Positions 1 through 11,900 of a stretch of 64,000 nt of DNA are shown here, one piece after another. Source of the DNA: Bugula neritina (lineage: Eukaryota; Animalia; Bryozoa); assembly GCA_964035545.1 (NCBI GenBank), contig OZ037767.1:4356707-4420706 (forward strand), in the 5' to 3' direction. Under the pieces are notes generated by a model. The model ran no database searches, was not told the origin of the DNA, and worked only from the letters and a program-made list of their open reading frames with translations. The translations under genes and the position numbers were made by a program. Within the stretch, counting starts at the first letter, position 1. Every line of letters starts with the position of its first letter.

Positions 1-524
1 GCTCTCATAATTTTATTTTTAATCATTTATTATAATTATGATTATACTTTACAATAATAAAGTAACAATTATACAGACTGTCATAGGAGAAGTGTGGAGG
101 TCAAGAGACATTATAATCACTGATACTAGCTTTAAACTTTCCCTGCAGCCTAATAGTTGATTCACTTTTTTTCAACGACCCAATAATATTATTATTGTTT
201 GACTTGAAGCTCCAACATTTGAATAATTTGATCACATGCTTCACCTGTACCCTACCAGATCTACACACAACACTGTGTAGCTATGAGGGGCTGCATAGAC
301 CCACCCGTAACTCACCTGTTCTATGGAAAGAGAAAAGCTAAGAGTGAAATCCATCTATGAGTGGTTAACCCCAAAGAGTTTTAAATTATTTTTTTAAATT
401 TTATATAATCTTATAACAACTTGACAACTGTTTCAGCAACAACCGCCAAAAGATTTAAGAATGTGGAAGTTCAGAGAGGTTTTCATGCTGCAGTTACCTG
501 ATGAAACCTAACGAGTATAGACAA

Positions 525-735
525 ACTATAGCTACCTATATACCATCTCCTAATAATATATCTCTGTTACTTATCTATACATTATCTACTAATGTTATAC
601 CTGCCAGTATTATAGCTATCTATATATTATCTACCAACACAATATATGTTAATGTTACAGTTATCTATACGTCATCTACTAATGTAAATATGTTAGTTTT
701 ACGGTTATCTATACATTATCTACTGACAGTTTCTA
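525..735. repeat. Degenerate ~44-bp minisatellite (core TTATCTATACATTATCTACTAATG) just past the AAR2 stop codon
   Basis: The core ttatctatac(a/g)t(t/c)atctac recurs 4-5 times at ~44-bp spacing. It explains the spurious 113-aa ORF 501..842. Confidence 0.7.
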
Positions 736-759
736 TATATTACCTCCTAAGAAAGAGAC

Positions 760-3700
760 TCAATAGTTGCCAAACTCATCTACCACGACAGGTTCGCAGT
801 CTTCAGGTTCAAGGTCGAAATCCCAGCCAAAATGCTTCGTAAGATGATCGCTAAACTTCTGAGCTCTCGACTTTAACCCAGCACTGGCGGTACTCTCTGA
901 TACGTTGGCAAAGAGGTTGTGTAGAGTAGTTGTAAGAAAGTTGTTACTAGATACGATATCAACAAAGAAGTCCTCGGGCAATTCTTTGAGCTAAAAATAG
1001 ATAGAAGTAAACAATACAATCTAAAATAGACAGCTGCATGACGAACGCACATAGGTTACTTCTTCTTTGGTCCATTTCAGTTTCCTAGAACAACACATGA
1101 CGCAAAGAGTCTGCTAATAAATAGAATAGCGTGATTTCAGTATATTACTGCGTTACCTGTTTACTGCGACCAATCAATAGTTATACTACATGATTAGGAA
1201 AGAGATAGCAATATAAGATGTTCACAGAACACTGTGGGAGGTGACATAGTGTACAGAGATAGTATCAGAGGTGTGAAGGGAGGAATCAGAAGTATTAATA
1301 AATATAACATATGAAGACCGCAAAGCTGATGTTTTACTATCAAATAGATGATTTATCATACAGGAAGCAGCGGCAGCATTGGCAGCATTGGCAGCATAAG
1401 TGGCAATTGAGAATCAAGGTGTATGCAAAAGCTTTGAAAGCAGAACATTATTGATTATTGGATATTTCAGAACTATTTATGTCACATTCAAGATCTTCTG
1501 CCACTTTTTCATATAATAGGAAATTTAGCAAATTCACCAGGCATAGAAATGCGAGTTGAAAAATAAATTTCATTATTCAGGGAGAGAAAACTGTCTCCTG
1601 AATGCAGAGAAAAAATTCAAATGATGAATATAGATTGATTCTGATCTTTCTACGTGCAAAATATATTTCCAGCTGTAAATATACTTCTACAGAATAAAAA
1701 ACGCATGGTTGGTTAAAATCAGTATGTATCCCAACCTGCACAGTAATAAAAAGCGTTAGGTAGACATTAAAAGGTTTCTGTGACTGGCCCATAAAACTAC
1801 ATTACAGCTATTACAACAATAGTATATAACAACACTGTTTTTGCCTAAATTAAAACAGCTTTGAATTACAAGTAGCAGAAGACTTGCTGATGGCAATTTT
1901 GCAACTAGTAGAAGGTTTGGATGTCCAAGTAATTCGACTCAACTTGACACCACAATATCATAAAGTATTACTCGAGGTGGCCAGATAATATAATTAATTT
2001 CATCGTTTCAAAAAATAGGATTATATGATTTAAGATACTCACAATAAAGAATTATATCATGTGCATGCACATTGCGCTACAAACTGTATAATTAGGGAAG
2101 TGAATTAGCCGTAAATAACACAAAATAAACACAACGTATAGAACTAAGTAGCATTAGTCCGTTGTAACAAGAGAAGACAACTAAGTAGTATTAGTCTGTT
2201 GTAGAAAGAGAAGACAACTACCTGAAAATGAAGCACACTAATCAGTTCTGTGTAGAGCTCTTCATACTTGTATATAGATGATTGGTTTCCACAAAGCAGG
2301 GCAACAAGTTTTTTCCATTGGTCAAAACTATCAAAATGTTGACCAATAAGAAAGCAGAGGAATGACAACTGTAACTCGGCCAGAACATTCTAGAAATATT
2401 AAGAAAAATAAAATAAAGCTAACGACTAAACACAACTACCATACCATAGTTCACATTGGAGAATGGATTTATTATTCAATCGATGAGAACAAATTTATTT
2501 GATATTTTGAAGGGAATAAGTCAGCTGTGTGTAATCGAGGAGGCAAACAGTTATATAATGCAGAAGATTTATTCCTTTTATATATGTACGTTAACCCTTA
2601 ACAAAATGCAATCAGCAATTAAACTAAGTTATAATTTACAGATGCAGTTCAGTTCAATTTATAACAAATATAATTTAACAATTTTTTCTATCCCATCTGC
2701 TATTCCAAATAATTACCTTTTGTATTTAATACATAGTCTTTTTGTAAGCTAATATAAGCTAAAAGCTATTTTCCTTTGAAAATTGCCAATAATTATAAAT
2801 AAGCCTTCACTTATATGCATCATAAAACAATTTAATCTACAATTAGTCCATTATTGTTTAAAAACTGTTTTAAAATTTATAACTCATAGATTTTGGGTTT
2901 AAATTAAGAAACTTAATATAACAAAAACCAAGGCAGAGTAAATGGCATGAAAACACAGGGAGTAGCAATACATCTAAACCAATATAAATATATTGAAACC
3001 ATGTTAGCAGATTGGAAAAGGCTGGCTAATTTGGAGTTGTCTTTTTTAAAGGAACAAATTGCTTGCAAATTGACCATAGGTAGAATTTTGTGGTTTTTCA
3101 CTGATGTAACCCAACCTGTAATCTATTCAAACGATGGAAATGTAGTGTATAAACAAACTTAGTGTGTAATAGACATCGATGCTGTGTGAAATAGCTCCTT
3201 TACAAAATAAGGTCATTCTCCATTAAGATTTCCGTCGCAAAGTATGAGGGCTAGGCTATTTACCATTTCCCATATTATGTCTCTCCACCATGGATACATA
3301 ATTAATTCAGACCTTTCAGTTAGTATCTTAGTTCATCACCTCAATGTGAGGTTTTCAAAAACAATGGTATTATAACATTTGGTGGAAGTGCAGTGGTTTG
3401 CCCACTCATCTTCCACCAGAAACTTTAAAGTTGCAATAGTTATATTATTTGGGTGTGAAAAAGACAAAACTACATTTACAATGAATTAATTACTTGTTAT
3501 TTTCATGATTATTATAAGAATGATAGCAAATTTAGTAATACTGATATTTAAATGTGGTTTCAAAAGATTTATAGACTAGCATGTACTGTAAAAAGTAATC
3601 ATATATAATCGTAGGGAGATAACTTCAACTTTTTCAACTGCTAATCCTAAGGTCTATGTGGGTATACAGGGGAACATACCAGTGAGTACACAGGTGAGTA

Positions 3701-6510
3701 CACAGGTGAGGACACAGGTGAGTATACAGGTGAGTACACAGGTGAGTACACAGGTGAGTACACAGGTGAGTATACAGGTGAGTATACAGGTGAGTATACA
3801 GGTGGGTATACAGGTGGGTATACAGGGGAACATACAGGTGAGTATACAGGTGAGTACACAGGTGAGTAAAGAGGTGAGTATACAGGTGAGTATACAGGTG
3901 AGTAAACAGGTGAGTATACAGGTGAGTAAACAGGTGAGTATACAGGTGAACACACAACATACCTGCCAAGATCCACAACGCTCCAGAACATTGTTAAGAA
4001 TCAGCTCAGAGTCCGTAGCACATTTGGTTATCATAGCAGAATCACTGCCTTCAATAAATCTTCAATAGAAATTGTAGCAATATATTAGCTTTTATAGTAA
4101 TACACAGTAAATATGGGAAACCATTTAACATTTTTAACATGTAGATATTGTTAAATAACACACACATTACATATATATATGATTTAACCCAAGTACAAGA
4201 ATGACTCCATATATTTTCATGAACTCAAAGACACTAAAGTACACTATAGTTAGTGACCCCCTGAACACTAGCTGATGGCTATTGACACTAGACTAACATA
4301 AAATCAAATCTAGACATCAAGTAGAACCACACGAAACCCACCTGTCAATGGAGGTGTAGTTTATAACTGTGTCCAAATTCTCTTTCATCTCTGGCATTAG
4401 ATTATCTGCTGTCATCTTATTCAATGGCACACTGGCACTCTAGATATATATCATATCATTATCATATCAATGCACCATATATCAATTATATCATGTATCA
4501 ACACATTACATCACCATCAAGTTTATAGTCACCATCCCTGCGAGAAAACCCCTTTTTGTTGAATCGGGCTAAGGACTTATTCAGATGTGACACAGGAGCA
4601 ATTATGAATGGATTCTCTTCCTAACATCACCGATGGCCTTTGTTGGCTCGAACCCATGACTTTGTGTTTACTAGGCAAGCACTCTAACCCCTAGGCCACA
4701 GCTACTCCCTAATATATACGATTGCATATGAATATATCATATATGAATATATCATATCGTATCAATATATCATAGGATATACAAATAGATTAACACCGTA
4801 ACTGGTTAGTATGCTAGTGAATACCTTTGGCTGCGAAGCTCTAGATGCAGTATTGCTGCACTCAGACAACAGGGCAGTGACAGACATGATGTAGCCACAT
4901 GTTGGTAGAACTCTACCAGTTGTCTCTGTCGTAATGTGACGGGAGAGGGAGACCCACTTTTTATAGCTGCAAAGCAAAAGAACTTAAACTAATTTGGTGT
5001 AATTAACAAAGTAAATTTTTCACTTTATTATGGCACACTATTAATTTTAGGCATTAAATATATAACAGATATCAACTTGATTCAAACTTGTTTTGTAAAG
5101 ATTTAAACTCTACTGGAAGCCTAAAAAGTTATTTTCACATGGTATCTTGTTCTTTAATTATGCTATCACTAAAATGAGCAGTATCTCACTTGGTGACTCA
5201 CATGAAGCTAAGCATAGAAAACTTAACTTGTGTCATGTGAATGCAGGCTTACGTTAGTATGAAAGGCTCTATATCTGTAATCTAAACATCACTTTGTGTT
5301 ATAAACACGAGACTACTATTTACAGCTGACACACCTGTCATAAGGGAAAGCCCCGCAATAACGATCTAGCTCTTTCTTGTTCTGTATAAACCTATTCAGT
5401 TCATCTTCATCTGTAATTTCTGGGTCAAATGTCTCGTCAAATGAGTTCCACTTCCTGACCACGACTTCTCTCTCTCGGAAATACCGGAAGAAGCCTGTCC
5501 GGGGAGCCAGCTGACCCTCACTGCTGCATGAACTGCACGGCATATGGATAGCATTAAACTGGTCAAGTATGTAAATATTTGAATCTTTTTCCATCTACTT
5601 GTTTAGCTATGACTTGGAAATATTAGATATATTGTGAGTCGGCTAAGGGATATGTGAAGAAAAACCTCCGGAAATATGCAAGTTTTTTCAGGTAATTTTC
5701 TGAGTTAAACTATCATAATCAACTGGTAGTGTTTGGTGTATAGTATAAGCAACTCTACGCTTATTGACTTAATACTAAAGAAATTATTCAAGAAAATAAA
5801 GCTTCAACTCAATGAATTTCAATCAAATACTTTTCCATTATAACAGGCAACTCCTTCTTCTTTAAATATAAATTAAAACAGCTAGACTTTTATAATCATA
5901 ATAAATCAATGGTAACAATAATATACGTATAAGTGGCTAGCTATCAGATGTCAATGTTAACTTTATAATATTACCATGAGCTATTATTTTATTATTTACT
6001 TCTACTTAACAAACTAAGCACAGTTGTTAATAAGCTCCTAGCCTGTTTGAGTGATACTATCGGAAGATTGTGAGCTCCATAAAGAATTCTCTTTTGATTT
6101 ACATTAATGCAGAAGTGCAATTAGTAGGTGAGTAACTTATTCTATTTACTTACACATATGCGCAGTGGACAGAATATTGAAACATGATGCAAATGCCAAA
6201 TAAACAGCATGAAAGATAATTGCCATTGCATTATCAAAACCTATACAGAGATCTCAATATTATACACAATCCTTTCAGGTATATGAAACAGATTAAATAA
6301 ATATTAACTCTGTGCCACTGAAAAGACTTTCTACCTGAAGTATATAAAATGAAGACCGGGCGGTATCATCTTGATTCCCTTAAAGTTCTCAGCTGCCTGC
6401 CAAGAATTCATGTTAATACCAATCTCAGTCCCATAGGGAACATCTAGCAATATTAACACAGCCCCGGCATCAAATAAATGCTGTGCTGTTGCTTGGTTCA
6501 TTTCCGCCAT
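760..6510 (-). CDS. AAR2: AAR2 splicing factor (U5 snRNP/PRP8 assembly chaperone), 7 coding exons, ~369 aa
   Basis: Phase-consistent GT-AG exons 6335-6510, 5335-5532, 4825-4966, 4342-4439, 3963-4059, 2222-2389, 760-990. Diagnostic AAR2 motifs: GTEIGINMNSW..FKGIKMIPPGLHFIYFS, APRTGFF, GAFPYDSYKKWVSLS, LAELQLSFLCFLIGQHFDSFDQWKKLV, PEDFFVDIVSSNNFL, FGWDFDLEPEDCEPVVV. Confidence 0.96.
2142..2220. repeat. 37-bp tandem duplication abutting an AAR2 splice donor
   Basis: aactaagtagcattagtccgttgtaacaagagaagac is followed by aactaagtagtattagtctgttgtagaaagagaagac. Confidence 0.8.
3655..3950. repeat. 12-bp minisatellite (CAGGTGAGTATA)n, ~24 units, in AAR2 intron 5
   Basis: Directly visible tandem array with variants (GTACA, GTAAA, GGGAACATA). 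It produces four overlapping stop-free ORFs in the track. Confidence 0.97.
4530..4709 (-). mobile_element. tRNA-derived SINE in AAR2 intron 3
   Basis: The minus strand starts GGGAGTAGCTGTGGCCTAGGGGTTAGAGTGCTTG...GGGTTCGAGCC: Pol III A-box (TGGCCTAGGGG) and B-box (GGTTCGAGCC) at tRNA spacing. A ~100-bp unrelated body and an AT-rich (GATAT-like) tail follow; there is no intact acceptor stem. Confidence 0.8.
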
Positions 6511-7056
6511 CACCCCAACTGTTTGACCCAAAAGATATCAAACTGAGAACCTAGAAATGAAAAAAAACCACTATCAGAAGTCAATGAACCACTGATTTGT
6601 TATTCAGGTCAAAAGTAGTTGCACCCCAAATTTCTCATGGCAGTAGTCAGATATAGTAAGAGTAATCTAATTCACTAAACCTGTAAAAGTGAAGTGTAAT
6701 ATTATTTCCATATAAAAAATCTCTGATATACTTAAAATATTCATTCTACCTTAGCTATTATCTACAGACTATTTGAGGGTGGTATGCTCAAACAATTTTG
6801 TTTGTGCAAACATCTCTTGAACTAATTTGGTACTGATTGCTTGCTGATGACATTTCCAGTCCCGGTATTATAAAACTATTAGCTATTCTTAGCTGCTGCA
6901 ACACACAGGTTAGTAACTATTAGTATTACTAAGCTGGCTTAAAGGTTTGAATTTTCCAGCTGGCTTGGGGATAAAATGTGTGTTGTAACAGCTGATAATA
7001 GCATCAGGCAGTCAGTGTGCAGTGACAACTAGAGTTAGTCAGTTACTGTTAGCAAA

Positions 7057-7059
7057 AAT

Positions 7060-7097
<38 letters not shown>

Positions 7098-8400
7098 GTA
7101 GTAGTACTACGTCTACTATTAGTATTACTAGTCAATAACCAGTTCTATGAGTATGACTATTAGACTAACTCTAAGAGTAAGTTCATGGCCATTTCGATTA
7201 GATAATACATAAAGATAAATATTACGATCATGGCGATCGACTTGAATATTATTATTAATATCAACAACATACATGAATTAGAATATATCTAATATCAATA
7301 ACTATAAGTATAAGTATACTGTATTAGTGTATAACTTAAACTATTTATATTAATATAAGTATAAGTATAAGTATTAGTAAAACAATAACATTAACTATAG
7401 TCTATAACTATAAGTATTAGTATAAGTATTAGATTAGTATTACTATTAAATTTACTTGATTTTGTAGAAGATTAAGTATTAGTATGATTATTAAAAAATA
7501 AAAGTAAAAGCAAAAATACAGCTTTACAGACACTCAAGTATGAATAGTTAATGTTATAAACCAAACCTAAGTAAGCGCAGGAAAAAAGTTAAACCTTGCA
7601 ACTTTATCTTATAAGAGGCTCCACATAACCTAACGTGTTAATCATAAACAGAGTAAGAGTGAGTGATCGTAATGATTATGATTGAATCTAAAACGGCAAT
7701 GAACGTTTTGTGCTATTAACAACAAAAATGGGTACGGTTAGAACATATTTTATTTTTATATTGTCAAACATTATTTGACCAACTGCGCTACCCTTGACTG
7801 TAACTAAACAAAAATTTTTTTTATTTACTATTTCCGTTCACGCAACCAAGGAAATCGCTTGATGCAGCACAAGACGTTTGTTGGTTTAGAAGTATCGAGG
7901 TTGAGGTTTCGAGTTTAGACAATAGTGTCTATTAAATACTGCATTAAGTGGCTCAAAGCTTCGTGTTGCATCTAGCGATCAACCGCAAGCAAGCGTATTA
8001 CATTACCATTAGTATTATTTATAACTTTTAAATCTAGCTATTACTATTAAACATAAATTTAGGATAAAGATCAAAATATTTTATAATCATTGTTATATTG
8101 TAATTATGAAATGAATATTATAATAATAATTATTATTATTGTTATTGTAATTGTAACGTTTAATTCTAAGAGTAACTGTAAGACTAAGACTAAGAGTAAG
8201 AGTAGTAACTGTAAGTCAAAGTGTAAAGTAAAACTAAAAGTGTAAGATAAATATAATCATGATGATTAAGATTTAAGAATGAGTATGACTGTGTTTGTAT
8301 CAGTATGGGTATTAACATGGCTATGACTATGAGTATCACTAATCACAGTAGTAGTAGTAGTAGTACTAGTAGTAGTAGTAGTAGTAGTACTAGCAGTATC
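7057..8400. promoter_or_regulatory. Bidirectional promoter region AAR2 / sulfotransferase, flanked by mirror-image (TAC)n and (AGT)n tracts and hexamer-periodic AT-rich DNA
   Basis: Divergent start codons at 6510 and 8903, each preceded by a splice acceptor (non-coding first exons implied). CpG-containing core ~7550-8000, with (TAC)n at ~7059-7110 and (AGT)n at ~8347-8392. Confidence 0.6.
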
Positions 8401-8902
8401 AATTTAATCTTATGTTGATTAGAATGTTCATCATTAAGACTAAAAAAAGTCCTAATAGCTAGCATCAAGCTATAACAAATTTGAACACCAACAGTAACTG
8501 TTGGACTTAGAGTAACTTAAATACCTATATTTAGTAATTTATGGCTGTTAAAATAATTATCATTTAACTTAATATTATCATAGTTGAGTATAAATACTAA
8601 AATAGTAAAATACTTATGTTAATATTAAAAAGACACAGTATTTGCAATAGTAACTTAAAAGGTGAAATTTAAGTGAGTGTCAGTAGTAGTGTCATGTAGT
8701 CAACTAAAGTTTCAATTCTATGTTAATAAAAGTAATAGTAAAAAAGTAGCTATAATATTTAGTGTTGCAATTATTATGACAATCATTACAGCACGAAAAA
8801 TCATGTAACCATACAATATTATTATTAACACATAATATGTGATTTATTTTAGTTGCAATAGTTAAAACTACACCGTAGTTGTGTTTTTTTTTTGTAGAAG
8901 TT

Positions 8903-11900
8903 ATGCCTTTTAGCAGGTCTAAACTGAAGATTTCCTTTATCATAATATGCCTGGTGCTGGTGTTTTACTATTGGCTCATGCTAAAGGCTACGGGCTTGTT
9001 TGCAGTTGAACCTACTTCATCGTATTCTTTAAAAATTGTGAAATCCAAAGAAGCAGTAGAGCTCAATGAGCAGGTTGGGGTTGAGGCTATTGAGCAAGAT
9101 TTGGAGGAAGCTGGTAGGCCATCAGCTAGTCTAACAGTTTTAGTCAAAATAGGTGTTGATTTGTTCTACTGAGTAATAGCAATGTTTACTGAGGGTTGCC
9201 AGATGTAGGCAAACGAAGAGAGAATTAAGATCATGTCTGTTTCCCTTATTGTTGTTACTCTGTTGTCTCTTCTTGCTGCCTCTCATGCTATGTTTCTTTA
9301 GATGTGTTTCTACTGCTGTAGAAAAGGATGTGCATAGGTTCGATGAACCAGAACCTCTCAACTGTCAGCTTTATTCTGAAAATCGACCTTTTGTGAAATT
9401 TACCAAGACTGCAAAGTTTATGACCCCTCATGTCTGTCAGATATTTTGCCTGAAGAATAACTGTACATTTATGGGACTAACCGTAAGTTTCTGTTGCAGT
9501 GTCTAATTTGTAAACATTCTTCAGCGTAAGTACATGAGCATTCTACCCAACATTCACAATTTAATTGAAGTCTCATTTTCTATTTACTACAGAAAATGAA
9601 AACGGATTTATTGTTTTAAATGTTTAGCACTTGGAAACTTGATCATTTGCAAAAGCTCAAATTCCTACGTACTAAAACTTGTAATTATACAATAAAAATT
9701 CCAACCCACAGTGTATTTTCAGTTTCTTCTTTTCCTTCTAAAGCTTGTAACTCGTATGTATGAACATACATTTTTAATTCGTGTCAATTTGATTAACCGT
9801 GAGTTACAATGCCATGTCTGTGTTATTTAGAGGGGAGATACCTGCATCTGTGCAAACCAAAATGGTGCCGGATATGTTCAGAAAGATAGCGATTGCAAAC
9901 TGCCATGTAGCGGCAATTCTGTGAAGCATTGCGGTGGCATAGATACTGTCAGCATGTATCGAATTGGTAATCATGAATATCTGTAATACTAGTGATAGTA
10001 TCTAAGTTAACTTTGAAAAAGTATAACTTATTAAAAATATTACATTATGAATTTTATTTGAATTTAGACAAATAATAGTAAATAATACTCTTTGGGCTTG
10101 AATAATTTCAATATATTTGTTTTATTTATTTAAATACCAGCCTAGTTGCATTAGAAGTAAATCTGTTTATTTGTCACTTGATAATTAAAGTCAAACTTCA
10201 ATCTTGTAAAAATATGACCAATGATAATGTCATAGACTTGGGTATCAGACAAAGTGTTTATCTGTTGCACTAATATTATGAGGAAGTATAATTAAAAAAA
10301 TTTTTTTAATTTTTTTTCCTGAAAAATGCCTGCTGTGGAAATAATTTGTGAGCATATAAAGAGCTAGACTAACTACTAACTACTTCTGCGATTGTTTTCC
10401 ACAGACACTGCCAATGGTAGCTCCACCTGGTCAACTTGGATGAGAGTCCCGCTAGGTGCAGACAACTCCGTGAGGACTCGGTACAGGAAGTGCTTAAGGC
10501 TCGTAGACGAACCAACATCCTGTTCGGCTGAGCTTGACAAGGATTTTACTAATGCAGGTTTGGCATTGTGTATATTGTACATACATGTTTACTTCTTAAT
10601 TCTGGCGACTCACAGGTTTTAGTTGTAAAAAGCTCGTCGTTTTCATTCAACTTCAAGTAAGCTAATATTTTGTTTTCAATTTCCCTGTTTAGCATTATTT
10701 GAGCTGGAGATTTAAAATAAAACATAATTGTTTAAAAAGGTATCATTTGATTCCGGAAGTGCATTTGGGAAGAAATTTTTGCTCTTTCAGGCCATGGAAT
10801 TTTTTTTGATACACATACATACATACATATATACATACATATATACATACACACATACATACATACATACACACATACATACATGCATACATACATTCAC
10901 GAATACATACATACACGCATACACGCATACATACATACATACATACATACATACACACATACATATCTGATTCCTGAGCCTATAATCTAAACCTTGACCT
11001 TAGTAGTGCCCACCATTTATCAAATAATTTATTTTGTAGGTGATGGTGAGCTAGACTCTAAGATCAAAAACAACCTGATTGGTTGTTTTACTTCTTACAG
11101 TTTTGCTATGACAGATGAAACTCCACCCAAGTATATTAAACTTACAATCCCTGCGTCTAATGGAGATTCTTGTTTGAAGGAATGTTCCTCCACATCGTCA
11201 AAATACGCTGTGTTTGTGGTGAGTATTGTATTTATTCTGCATTTACACTACTTTACTTCCACTGCTTACTAATTTATTTACTATTCTACTTATTACTCTG
11301 CTTGTGTTTCTATGTTTATGTTACTTCACTTGCATTGCCAGGCTTACTTCTAGAATATATGTAACCAATCTATCATATTAAAAACATTTTACTGGCAGAA
11401 CGGTGGCTGACCAACTTATTGTCTTGAGCTGCATGCTTTGCTACAAGCTTCGGTCTCTGTTATGTTGCTTGGGCCTGGTTCTTACCCCTCTATAGTTATT
11501 TACAGTTGCTATAGTTACTATAGCAACTATAGTTGCTATAGTAACTATAGTAACTATAGTAGCTATAGTTACTATAGTTACTATTGTTGCTATGATTACT
11601 TATAGAACTTTATTATATTTACTTATAGTTGCTATAGTTACTTATAGTTGTTATAGTAATTATAGTTGCTATAATTACTTATAGTTGCTATAGTTATTTA
11701 CAGTTGTTATAGTAACTATAGTTGTTATATTTACTTATAGTTGTCGTTTGGTGTAACATTTACACATTAACAAGAACTATGCACCAAGTTGTATATTTTA
11801 TTAGTTATCCCATAATATGATATGTTGTTAAACCTTCTTGCCTATTTTCCATGTTCTGTTTAGTCAGAGTTTGGATTCAGCGGTAAGTTGTTCAGCTCAC

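Noticed and set aside
475-512. Hairpin with CTGATGA / ATGA..AA (hammerhead or SECIS)
   Set aside because: No stem II-GAAA-stem III arrangement. AAR2's TGA falls at the conserved C-terminus and the motif is on the opposite strand.
3655-3950. CRISPR-like array
   Set aside because: Tandem repeat without unique spacers, eukaryotic context, no cas genes.
3634-4068. Four overlapping ORFs (HLYT, SPVY extensin-like, CILT, QVSI repeats)
   Set aside because: They are translations of a stop-free 12-bp minisatellite in an AAR2 intron; only 3963-4059 is a real exon.
4635-4709. tRNA gene
   Set aside because: A and B boxes are present, but there is no acceptor-stem pairing and it continues into a SINE body and tail.
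10728-10970. His/Thr/Tyr-rich and MYVC ORFs
   Set aside because: Translations of the (CATA)n microsatellite.
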